A stretch of 64,000 nt of DNA, taken from an uncultured Gammaproteobacteria bacterium. GTDB taxonomy: Bacteria > Patescibacteriota > Microgenomatia > UBA8517. Below are positions 18,656-27,596 of the stretch, one piece after another. Made by a program: the position numbers and the translations under genes. The stretch's first letter is position 1. Each line of letters starts with the position of its first letter. The notes under the pieces are model-generated. The model worked only from the letters and a program-made list of their open reading frames with translations. It was not told the origin of the DNA and did not search any database. The DNA is taken from assembly GCA_964489145.1 (NCBI GenBank), contig CAZAXL010000004.1, positions 8,176 to 72,175 on the forward strand. Direction: 5' to 3'.

Positions 18656-19252
18656 CTATCTGTTTTCCAAAGATCTCCAAAGATACCAAGAGGCAACTGT
18701 TCTATAAGGAGACCAGTTTTTAAGGGCAAATTTGGCGGATTTTTCTTTGTTAAATTTTTTACCTGTTACTTTTTCAAATCCGTTTTTAATACCCAGATCT
18801 TCTACAGGAAAAACATCTGGCCTACCCAGTTTAAACATCAAAAACATATCTGCAGTCCAGGGCCCTATACCTTTGACCGCTACTAATTCCTTCCGGACTT
18901 CCTCATCGGAGAGTTTGTCCAAACTTTTTACTTTTAGCTCTCCCTTTTGGGTTCTTGAGGCCAAATCTTTAATGGCTCTGACCTTGCTCCAAGCCATTCC
19001 GCAATTTCTTAAAATGTTTTCATTCATCTTCAGAATCTTTTCCGGAGTCATTGTGCCTTTAATCTTGGCCTTCAAACGGCCTTCGATTACGTCCGCAACC
19101 CTACCTGAAAGCTGTTGGCCGATAATGTCGCCCACAAGCCCCTGAAAATAATCTATATGGAGCTTGGGCTCAATTGTGCAATGCCCCCATTTTTTAATAA
19201 GGGGCCCTAGATTTTTGTCTTTCAGTAGAAATTCCTCAGCATTTTTCCACAC
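18656..19252 (-). CDS. alkA: DNA-3-methyladenine glycosylase II (HhH-GPD)
   Basis: IIGQQLS, VKGIGPWTA, RPDVFPVEDLG, WSPYRTVASWYLW. Confidence 0.9.
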   Translation of the reverse strand: MWKNAEEFLLKDKNLGPLIKKWGHCTIEPKLHIDYFQGLVGDIIGQQLSGRVADVIEGRLKAKIKGTMTPEKILKMNENILRNCGMAWSKVRAIKDLASRTQKGELKVKSLDKLSDEEVRKELVAVKGIGPWTADMFLMFKLGRPDVFPVEDLGIKNGFEKVTGKKFNKEKSAKFALKNWSPYRTVASWYLWRSLENR

Positions 19253-19296
19253 GCAACCAATTGTAAATTATTAATTGATAATTGGAAATTAGAAGT

Positions 19297-20925
19297 TTAG
19301 TAGTCCATTCCACCCATTCCGCCTGCGGGAAGTGCCGGCTCTTTCTTTTCTTCGGGAATATCAGTAACTAAGCCTTCTGTGGTTAAAACCATCATAGCGA
19401 CGCTTGCAGCATTCTGGAGAGCACTTCTGGCAACCTTAACCGGATCAACTATCCCCATTCTGGTCATTGATCCGAATTTTCCGGTCAGAGCATTGTAGCC
19501 AAAATCATTGTCTTTACTTGCCAAAACTTTTTTCAAAACACTTTCCCCATCTTCTCCTGCATTTTTAGCAAGCCATTTAATCGGTTCTTCCAACGCCTCC
19601 CAAACAATATTCACTCCAATTTGTTCGTCACCCTTTTCAACTTTAGCGCCTTTCGCAGCGGACCTAGCCCTGAGAAATGCTGTTTCACCACCCGGAACAA
19701 TTCCTTCTTCAGTTGCTGCTTTGGTAGCCCCAACCGCATCTTTAACTCTCTCTTTTTTATCGTTAAGTTCAATCTCTGTAGCCGCCCCCACATTTATTTG
19801 GGCAACTCCTCCAGCGAGCTTGGCAAGTCTCTCTTCAAATTTTTCTTTGTCAAAATCACTATCACTAGCCTCAATCTGTTTTCTGATTGAGGCAATTCTC
19901 GCATCTATCGTTTTTTTGTCTCCCTTTCCTCCAATAATTCTCGCGTTATCTTTATCTGCCCAGACTTTATCGGCACGCCCCAAGTCCGTAACCTCAATTG
20001 ATTCAAATGTGCGTCCGGTATCCCCTGATATAACTGTCCCGCCGGTCAGAATTGCAATGTCTTCCAACATTTCACTTCGACGATCTCCAAAACCTGGAGC
20101 TTTAATGGCTAAAACACTAAAAGTACCGCGAAGTTTATTAACTACTAATGTGGCCAAGGCCTCGCCTTCGATCTCGTCGGCGATAATTATCAAATTCTTC
20201 GAAACTTTGACAAATTTCTCCAAAAAGGGAAGGAGTTCTTGAATTGAAGATATCTTTTTATCAGTCAAAAGAATATAAGGATCTTCAATTTCCGCCTCCA
20301 TTTTGTCCGGATTGGTAACAAAATATGCTGAAGCATAACCCCTATCAAACTCCATACCCTCTTTATATTCAATTTCGATTGTTAAACCCTTTCCTTCCTC
20401 AACCGTAACAACACCATCGCGTCCGACTTTATCTAATGCCTCGGCAATTTTGGCGCCAATTTCGTCGTCTCCTGCAGATATACTCGCAACCTGAGCAATT
20501 TCTTCTTTGTTTTTGATTGGCTTGGCCATTTTTTTGAGTTCTTCAGAAACAGCTTCAACTGCTTTCTCAATTCCCTTTTTGACAATCATTGGGTTTGCGC
20601 CAGCATTAATCTCAACCATTCCTTTTTGGGTCATTACTTGTGCAAGAAGTGTGGAGGTTGTCGTCCCATCACCCGCATTGTCGTTGGTTTTGCTGGCAGC
20701 TTCTTTAACAAGCTGGGCACCCATATTCTCGAACGGATCAGGGAGATCAATTTCTTTGGCTACAGTTACTCCATCATGTACTATGTTCGGGGCCCCCCAC
20801 TTTTTATCTAAGGCAATATTTCTGCCTTTCGGACCAAGGGTTGTTATAACTGCCTTAGCAACAGTATCGATTCCTTTTAATAACGCCTCTCTAGCATCGT
20901 TTGAAAATTTTAATTGTTTTGCCAT
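19297..20925 (-). CDS. groL: Chaperonin GroEL
   Basis: [31 protein letters not shown] tail. Start at MAKQ (20925). Confidence 0.98.
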   Translation of the reverse strand: MAKQLKFSNDAREALLKGIDTVAKAVITTLGPKGRNIALDKKWGAPNIVHDGVTVAKEIDLPDPFENMGAQLVKEAASKTNDNAGDGTTTSTLLAQVMTQKGMVEINAGANPMIVKKGIEKAVEAVSEELKKMAKPIKNKEEIAQVASISAGDDEIGAKIAEALDKVGRDGVVTVEEGKGLTIEIEYKEGMEFDRGYASAYFVTNPDKMEAEIEDPYILLTDKKISSIQELLPFLEKFVKVSKNLIIIADEIEGEALATLVVNKLRGTFSVLAIKAPGFGDRRSEMLEDIAILTGGTVISGDTGRTFESIEVTDLGRADKVWADKDNARIIGGKGDKKTIDARIASIRKQIEASDSDFDKEKFEERLAKLAGGVAQINVGAATEIELNDKKERVKDAVGATKAATEEGIVPGGETAFLRARSAAKGAKVEKGDEQIGVNIVWEALEEPIKWLAKNAGEDGESVLKKVLASKDNDFGYNALTGKFGSMTRMGIVDPVKVARSALQNAASVAMMVLTTEGLVTDIPEEKKEPALPAGGMGGMDY

Positions 20926-20951
20926 ATATGGTACATCCAAGCATAGATGTC

Positions 20952-21248
20952 TTAGGCCTCGACGGCCAAGATATCTTCAAATTTAACAAATATATATTCC
21001 TTGCCTTCAATTTTTGCCTCATTTCCTCCCCATTTTTTATAAAAAACAACTTCATTTAGTTTGGCGGGAGATTCTATTTTTTGACCTTCTTGCAAGGCAG
21101 ATGCTCCCACTGCAATCACTTTTCCTTTTTGTGGTTTTTCTGAAGCGTTATCGGGTAGATAAATCCCGGAGGCGGTTTTCGTTTCTGCCTCCAAAGGTTC
21201 AATTAAAAGATATCCTGCGGTCGGTTTAAGATTTAATTTACTTGCCAT
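20952..21248 (-). CDS. groS: Co-chaperonin GroES
   Basis: [27 protein letters not shown]. Start at MASK (21248). Confidence 0.96.
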   Translation of the reverse strand: MASKLNLKPTAGYLLIEPLEAETKTASGIYLPDNASEKPQKGKVIAVGASALQEGQKIESPAKLNEVVFYKKWGGNEAKIEGKEYIFVKFEDILAVEA

Positions 21249-21276
21249 ATTTTTAATTTTGTGGGTAACAAATAGG

Positions 21277-21303
21277 TTAGCATTCCAACCCAATGAGTGC
21301 TAT
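21277..21303 (-). promoter_or_regulatory. CIRCE operator (HrcA site)
   Basis: Minus strand ATAGCACTC-N9-GAATGCTAA versus consensus TTAGCACTC-N9-GAGTGCTAA, upstream of groES. Confidence 0.88.
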
Positions 21304-21330
21304 TTTACGAATTTGGGTTTCTCTTGTCAA
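21302..21330 (-). promoter_or_regulatory. Sigma70 promoter of groES-groEL
   Basis: Minus strand TTGACA-N17-TAAAAT, directly adjoining CIRCE. Confidence 0.8.
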
Positions 21331-22178
21331 TAGTCGATCTTACTAAGAATCTTCTTACTCAGGTTATTTGGATGAAAAATTGCTCTCGTAGGAGTGACTA
21401 CTTCACGAGTAATTTTATGTTTCATATAAAAATATTGAATTTTAAAAGACAGCGTTTCTATTATGTTTAATCTTAAAGGTTTCGTATATGATGAACTATT
21501 TTTGTTTAGTCTCACTTCAGCAGCATTCGGCCAAAATTTTAAAGCCCATTTATTTGATGACAAAAAGCGTTCGTATACCCCCCCTCTATCAACAAGCGGA
21601 ACTATTTGAAGAATTTCGTGAGCAGTGTAAAAGTTTCTTTCTTTCTTGCTCCAGGTAAGATCGCTTTCATCGAGCCAAATATTTAAGCATAGTCTGTCTT
21701 TCTGGCGCAGATTTAGCGGCTTTCTTAAACGAAAATTAAATAGTTTGAGAAGCATATAAACTGCGATTCTTGTAGTCCAAAGCCTTCCCTTTTTTGTAAT
21801 AAAAATCAGATCAATATCGCTCTCTTTTCCTGCATTATCCATCGCCAATGAACCGCTTATAGCAACCATTTTTACGCCAGGAATGAAAAAGGTAATTTTA
21901 GAAACTCTTTCGGCAATTTTTCTTTTCCTTAGGGAAAATCTTTTTCTGACAGTTCTCTTATAAACCAACCCCTCCTTCCCTTCAATAAAATAATATCCAT
22001 TCTTATAATCAACTCTAGAACCGGTTTCCGGTGCACCCCTAGGGGTCCACTTGACAAGTTCAGAGAAAGTTAGTGGATATTCAAAAAGGTTGTGGTAAAA
22101 AACAGAAAATCTTTCTGAAGCATTTAAACCGGCTTCCGGCGAGATTTTCCCTGAAGTAAATTCATGCAAAAGAGACAT
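21327..22178 (-). CDS. Nucleotidyltransferase-fold protein
   Basis: ISGSLA....ESDIDL (GS..DxD Pol-beta motif), CLNIWLD, YTAHE. Confidence 0.7.
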   Translation of the reverse strand: MSLLHEFTSGKISPEAGLNASERFSVFYHNLFEYPLTFSELVKWTPRGAPETGSRVDYKNGYYFIEGKEGLVYKRTVRKRFSLRKRKIAERVSKITFFIPGVKMVAISGSLAMDNAGKESDIDLIFITKKGRLWTTRIAVYMLLKLFNFRLRKPLNLRQKDRLCLNIWLDESDLTWSKKERNFYTAHEILQIVPLVDRGGVYERFLSSNKWALKFWPNAAEVRLNKNSSSYTKPLRLNIIETLSFKIQYFYMKHKITREVVTPTRAIFHPNNLSKKILSKIDY

Positions 22179-23599
22179 TATTTTACGGAGATGCCGTACT
22201 GTACCAGAACTTGAGCAACACCTTGAGCAACTGTGGCGAGAGCCTCGGTTGCTGATTTTTTACCCGTCACAACAGCGTTGACTGCGTCTGCAAAATAATT
22301 GGAAATTTGAGTATTTATTCCAGTAGAACCGTCAAAAGTACGGCTGGCAAGATACCAGCTCCTGGCACCCGGTGCTTGCGTAATAATTGATCCAATAATG
22401 GGGTGGTCTTTGAGTAGTGCTGCCATATCAGTCCTGGGATAGGGCTCGCCAAAGCTCCTTACAGCCGACTCGTTTTTATAAAGTTTTTGTAAGGAATCCG
22501 TACTAGCCAAATAACTTAACAGACCCCAAGCAGCAGACTTATTCGGGCTCTTTGACCAAACACCCTGCGCCCAGTAAGTTGCGTAGGTAATATCTACCTC
22601 ATTAGGACTATCTTTGGGAAGCTGAGGAATAGGAACTGTTTTATACTTTAAATTCGGACTTTTCTGTTGTATTTCAAACGATCTCCAGCTCGGAGCTATA
22701 TACATAGCCAGTTTCCCTGCAGCAAAGGCTTGAGTTGATGTTGGAAGGGTTGCATCCCAGACTCCATCAACTGATGAAAAAATGGTAAAAAATGTCAAAG
22801 CATCCTCTGCATTTTTTCCGACAGGATTGCCCAAATCCACACCGTTTTGGAGCATCAGAAGAGCTAAAATTTCCTGCCAATGATCAACATTTTCTGTCCT
22901 CCCAAGAGCTACACCGGATTGGGTTATACTTCCTTTATCATCTTTTATAGTCAGCTCTTTTGCCAAACTTCTTAAACCATCCCAGGTTGTGGGAGGAATC
23001 TTTCCTGCTTTATCAAAGATGTCCTGGTTTATATACAATGTTAGAGCATCGTAGCCAATGGGGATACCAACAATAGAATTACCGTAGGAAAAATCAGAAG
23101 TAATAACCGGATAAAAGTTTTTGGAATAATCCGCTGCCGTCATTACTGAAGAAGGAAGCGCATCAAGATCGGATTTAAACATTGGCGTCCAGGTATTATG
23201 AAATGTAAAAATATCCGGACCCTCCCCTTTTGCCAAAGCATTTGCCAGCCTTTCGCGATAATCCTCTTTTGATTGTTCAACGTAGGTGATATTTACACCC
23301 GGATGTGCCGATTCATAGGCAGAAATTAAGGGTTCAACAACAGACTGACTTTCCCAAAACCCCCACCAGGTTATGTTTCCCGAACTTTTATTTATGGGGG
23401 TTCCAATCAGTTTAAATGCGGTAAAACCCAGTACTGCCAATAAAAATATTATTCCGACAAAAAGCAAAATCTTGGGGAATTTTTTCTTTGGTGATAGAAC
23501 GACTTGAGGAGGAATGTTTGACAGATTATCCGGCGTGCCAACGGGCACACCAACAGGATTTTGAGTGTTATTGTTTTGGTAAATATTAAGAGGTGGCAT
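22178..23599 (-). CDS. Membrane-anchored extracellular solute-binding protein (sugar ABC family 1)
   Basis: TM anchor, GEGPDIF, LYINQD, PTTWD, FAAGKLAMY. Confidence 0.85.
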   Translation of the reverse strand: MPPLNIYQNNNTQNPVGVPVGTPDNLSNIPPQVVLSPKKKFPKILLFVGIIFLLAVLGFTAFKLIGTPINKSSGNITWWGFWESQSVVEPLISAYESAHPGVNITYVEQSKEDYRERLANALAKGEGPDIFTFHNTWTPMFKSDLDALPSSVMTAADYSKNFYPVITSDFSYGNSIVGIPIGYDALTLYINQDIFDKAGKIPPTTWDGLRSLAKELTIKDDKGSITQSGVALGRTENVDHWQEILALLMLQNGVDLGNPVGKNAEDALTFFTIFSSVDGVWDATLPTSTQAFAAGKLAMYIAPSWRSFEIQQKSPNLKYKTVPIPQLPKDSPNEVDITYATYWAQGVWSKSPNKSAAWGLLSYLASTDSLQKLYKNESAVRSFGEPYPRTDMAALLKDHPIIGSIITQAPGARSWYLASRTFDGSTGINTQISNYFADAVNAVVTGKKSATEALATVAQGVAQVLVQYGISVK

Positions 23600-23647
23600 T
23601 TTCTCTGCGTTTTGGGTTATATTTAAATGGTATCATATGCCTAGAAT

Positions 23648-25432
23648 ATGGCAAGTAATTCCGGTAATAAAATGGGGAAGATAGTTAGATCTTTTTTCAA
23701 AAAATATCTGCTCCGAGGTGTTGTCGTTCTCGGCACACTGATATTAATCGTCCTTGCAGGAATCTTATCCTATCTAATAGTCTATAACGAAAAAATTTAC
23801 CCGAACATTTCTGTGGCTGGCATCAAAGTTGGCGGAGTTACCTCTTCTGAAGCTTCCGGTATTTTATCTAAAAATACAATTACACCCCCAGAACTGACCC
23901 TTACCTATCAAGACCAAGTTTTCAAAATAAAAACAGACGACATCGATCTTTCCTATGATTTTCCAGCCTCTGCCGATAGAGTTTTCGTGTTTACAAGAAC
24001 AGGAAATATTCTTTACGATCTCGAAAACCGTATTAGATTACTCTTTTACCCTAAAAACTTTGGCCTTGTTACCAATATAAGCAGTGATAAGCTTGCAAAA
24101 ACGGTTTCTATTATTGCTGGGCAAATTTCTATTGACCCAATTAATCCGGGTATTAGTAAAGTTAATGGCAGCATTGTTGTAAACAGGGGTTCCCCCGGGA
24201 AAGAGGTCGACCAGGAACGATTAACATCTGATATTGTGCAAAGCTTATCTGTAGGTTCGACCAATCAGATTTCAATTCCAGTTGATAATATCGATAACAC
24301 CCTGGATGAGGCTGGAGCAAAAGCGTTTACGGAACGTGCGCAGAAATTTCTCGGAAAAACCATTTCATTAAAATTCGAGTACAACAATATCCAGCTTCAA
24401 GATACTGATTTGTTCAAACTTCTCGATCCGAAGGGTGGTTATAAAGACGATACCCTTTCCGGATCTATTCAAAAAATTGCGGAAACAATCGAACGGGATC
24501 CGCAAAACCCAAAGTTTGTATTTGAAAATGGAAAAGTAACTGAATTCCAACCATCCCTCCCCGGTATAAAAATAGACAACGAAAACTTTAAAAATTTACT
24601 TATTGAAAAAATGGATACACTAGCCGGTTCAACGGACAAAAATTTAGATCTTGACATTCCTGTAGTTAAATCGCCACCTGAAATCACAACAGATAAAGTC
24701 AATAATCTGGGAATTAAGGAGTTGATTGGGAGGGGAACTTCAACATATTTTCACTCTATTCCAAATCGTGTCCACAATGTATCCCTTGCCGCCTCCCGAA
24801 TAAACGGAACTCTTGTTAAACCTGGTGAAACTTTTTCTTTTAATGAGGCCCTGGGAGACGTCTCAGCTTTTACGGGTTACCAACAGGCTTATATTATCAG
24901 TGGCGGTAAAACAATTCTTGGTGATGGTGGTGGGGTTTGCCAGGTTTCAACTACACTATTCAGGGCGCTTCTGGATGCGGGGCTTCCAATTATTGAACGT
25001 CAAGCCCACGCCTATCGTGTGGGGTATTACGAACAGGATTCTCCCCCGGGGCTTGATGCTACTGTCTATTCACCCTCTCCAGATTTGAAATTTACCAATG
25101 ACACCGGTAACTATATCCTGATTGAAGCAAGTGCAAATCCAAAAAATTATTCTTTGGTTTTTGAACTTTACGGAACACTTGACGGAAGAGTTGCCAGTAT
25201 TTCCAAACCAATTGTAACAGGTGTTTCCTCGCCTCCTGAAGATCTTTATCAAGACGACCCAAGCCTTCCCACCGGAACAATCAAACAAATTGAGTACAAA
25301 GCATGGGGAGCCAAGGTTACTTTCAAGTATGTTGTCACCAAAAACGGCCAGGAAATCATTAATAAAACTTTTGTAAGCAACTATAAGCCCTGGCAGGCAG
25401 TTTACTTACGAGGAACCGGACCTGTAAATTAG
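23648..25432 (+). CDS. VanW-family protein with peptidoglycan-binding repeats
   Basis: RVHNVSLA, FSFN, GGGVCQVSTTLF, GLDATV, DLKFTND. Confidence 0.88.
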   Translation: MASNSGNKMGKIVRSFFKKYLLRGVVVLGTLILIVLAGILSYLIVYNEKIYPNISVAGIKVGGVTSSEASGILSKNTITPPELTLTYQDQVFKIKTDDIDLSYDFPASADRVFVFTRTGNILYDLENRIRLLFYPKNFGLVTNISSDKLAKTVSIIAGQISIDPINPGISKVNGSIVVNRGSPGKEVDQERLTSDIVQSLSVGSTNQISIPVDNIDNTLDEAGAKAFTERAQKFLGKTISLKFEYNNIQLQDTDLFKLLDPKGGYKDDTLSGSIQKIAETIERDPQNPKFVFENGKVTEFQPSLPGIKIDNENFKNLLIEKMDTLAGSTDKNLDLDIPVVKSPPEITTDKVNNLGIKELIGRGTSTYFHSIPNRVHNVSLAASRINGTLVKPGETFSFNEALGDVSAFTGYQQAYIISGGKTILGDGGGVCQVSTTLFRALLDAGLPIIERQAHAYRVGYYEQDSPPGLDATVYSPSPDLKFTNDTGNYILIEASANPKNYSLVFELYGTLDGRVASISKPIVTGVSSPPEDLYQDDPSLPTGTIKQIEYKAWGAKVTFKYVVTKNGQEIINKTFVSNYKPWQAVYLRGTGPVN

Positions 25433-25468
25433 TTTGGGACAAGCCTCAAATTATAGTAAAATGTCCCC

Positions 25469-26524
25469 ATGCAAATTGTTAAATGTAACAAAGATTCAAT
25501 TGAAATTGCCGACGGTATCTTAAAAAGAGGCGGCTTAATAATCTATCCGACTGAAACATTGTATGGTGTCGGGGTTGATGCAACAAACGAAGAAGCAGTT
25601 AAAAAACTTACCGTTTACAAAAACCGTCCTTTGGGAAAACCCTACTCTATAGCAGTTAGGGATATCAAAATGGCCAAGGAGTATGGAAACATAAATCAAA
25701 CCGCAAAAAATCTTTTTCTTGAGTTTTTGCCCGGACCTTTAACTGTCATTGTTAAAGGAAAACATAAACTCGCCAGAGGTATTGAATCCGAAAATGGAAA
25801 GCTTGGAATAAGACTCCCCGACTACGAATTTGTCCAAAAGCTAGTTGGCAAATTTGGCAAACCCATCACAGCGACGTCGGCAAATGCCAGTTATAAAAAA
25901 AGGCCATATCAGGTTTCCGATATATTGGACAACCTAGGTCAAAAACAGAAAGATTTAATTGACCTTGTTATCGACGCCGGAAAACTCCCAGCAAGAGATC
26001 CCTCTACCGTTATCGATACAACCCTTGATGAACCGATGACATTGAGACAAGGAGAAATAAAACTTTCAGATAAAAATGAAGTTTTAAGCAGAAGTGAAGA
26101 GAACACTCAAAATGTTGCCAAGGAAATTTGGCAACATTTTGAATCATACTCGGGTAAAAGGTCGATTGTCTTTGCCATTCAAGGAGAAATGGGAACCGGC
26201 AAAACCCAATTTACAAAGGGGCTTGCCCGCGCAATGGGAATAACAGAACTTGTTACCTCCCCCACTTTTGCCATCGAAAATGAATACGAAACCGGGAAAA
26301 ATAAGCTTTATCATTTTGACGCATGGAGATTGGAAAACTCGGAAGAGCTTAACGTTCTTGGATTCGAAAAATTGGTCCTGCAAAAATCAGTTATTTCTGT
26401 GGAATGGGCCGAAAAAGTTGCTGACGTTATTCGTGGATTTGACAACGAGGCAATAATTATTTGGATCAAAATAAAGTTTGGGGTAAATGAAAATGACAGG
26501 ATAATTTCCTGGGGAAATTTATGA
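25469..26524 (+). CDS. tsaC-tsaE: Fusion of threonylcarbamoyl-AMP synthase (TsaC/Sua5) and TsaE ATPase
   Basis: N-half YPTETLYG, KNRP, PGPLT, TATSAN, PSTVID; C-half GEMGTGKT, VTSPTF, YHFDAWRL, VEWAE. Confidence 0.9.
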   Translation: MQIVKCNKDSIEIADGILKRGGLIIYPTETLYGVGVDATNEEAVKKLTVYKNRPLGKPYSIAVRDIKMAKEYGNINQTAKNLFLEFLPGPLTVIVKGKHKLARGIESENGKLGIRLPDYEFVQKLVGKFGKPITATSANASYKKRPYQVSDILDNLGQKQKDLIDLVIDAGKLPARDPSTVIDTTLDEPMTLRQGEIKLSDKNEVLSRSEENTQNVAKEIWQHFESYSGKRSIVFAIQGEMGTGKTQFTKGLARAMGITELVTSPTFAIENEYETGKNKLYHFDAWRLENSEELNVLGFEKLVLQKSVISVEWAEKVADVIRGFDNEAIIIWIKIKFGVNENDRIISWGNL

Positions 26525-27567
26525 AAATATTGGCAATAGACACATCTTGTGATGAAACCTCGGCCGCATTAACGGACGGAACAAAAATTCTTTCCAACAT
26601 TATCTGGTCTCAATCCTCCGCGCATGCAAAATTCGGAGGTGTCATGCCCTCACTTGCACAGAGAATGCATGAGGAAAGAATCGACTGGGTAATAGATAGG
26701 GCCATTAAAAACTCAAAATGTACAGTTAGTGATTTAGATGCGATAGCGGTAACCACAGGACCCGGTCTTTCAATTGCCTTGGGGGTTGGAATAGACAGAG
26801 CCAAAAAACTGGCAATTAAACACAATAAAAAACTTATTGCTATAAACCATCTTGAGGGACACGTACTCAGTTGTTTGGCGGGGCCAAAAACTGAGAGTTT
26901 AGAATTAAAAATTAATAATTTACAATTCCCAGCATTAGGACTTGTTGTATCCGGAGGGAACACCTTACTCGTTAAAATAAATAAAATCGGCTCCTACGAG
27001 ATTTTAGCCCAGACGACAGACGACGCTTTAGGAGAGGCTTTGGACAAAGGGGCAAGAATGTTGGGGTTGGGTTATCCGGGTGGCGCTGTTTTGGAAAAGG
27101 TCGCACGTGGTGGAGATACAAAAACCTATACCCTGCCTGTCCCAATTGCGGGACAGGAGAAAAGGCAAATATTTACTTACTCCGGACTTAAAACCGCCTT
27201 TTCCCGTCTGGTTAAATCTGAGGAACCGCTGACTAAAGTAAAAATTCAGAATCTCGCCGCTTGTTTCCAGGATATTGCCTTTATTCATTTGATACGTGTT
27301 TTGCGTTATTACATAATTCATAATTCATCATTCGTAATTCATAATTTGCTTGTGGGTGGTGGTGTTTCTGCAAACATTGAAATTCGTAAACGCTTAAGAA
27401 AACTGTGCAGTCAATATTCTATAAATGTACTTTTTCCAAAATCTAAAAAACTTTATGGAGACAATGCCGCAATGATTGGTATAGCGGCGTATTTTAAAGC
27501 TCAAAGAAATGAATATATAAATCCGAATTTGATTGACAGAAAGCCGGGCGCAAAGATTTTTGATTGA
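26521..27567 (+). CDS. tsaD: tRNA N6-adenosine threonylcarbamoyltransferase TsaD
   Basis: AIDTSCDETS, GPGL, NHLEGH, VSGG, DDALGEALDK, YPGG, DNAAMIG. Confidence 0.95.
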   Translation: MKILAIDTSCDETSAALTDGTKILSNIIWSQSSAHAKFGGVMPSLAQRMHEERIDWVIDRAIKNSKCTVSDLDAIAVTTGPGLSIALGVGIDRAKKLAIKHNKKLIAINHLEGHVLSCLAGPKTESLELKINNLQFPALGLVVSGGNTLLVKINKIGSYEILAQTTDDALGEALDKGARMLGLGYPGGAVLEKVARGGDTKTYTLPVPIAGQEKRQIFTYSGLKTAFSRLVKSEEPLTKVKIQNLAACFQDIAFIHLIRVLRYYIIHNSSFVIHNLLVGGGVSANIEIRKRLRKLCSQYSINVLFPKSKKLYGDNAAMIGIAAYFKAQRNEYINPNLIDRKPGAKIFD

Positions 27568-27596
27568 TGCTAAAATACAGGCAAGGCAATATTCAG

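Noticed and set aside
19508-20242. Long antisense ORFs (also 40198..40953, 43057..43590, 17917..18468)
   Set aside because: Shadow frames opposite clearly identified genes, with no motifs of their own.
23648-25432. Vancomycin resistance locus
   Set aside because: VanW-domain proteins are widespread, and no vanA/H/X/R/S genes are present.
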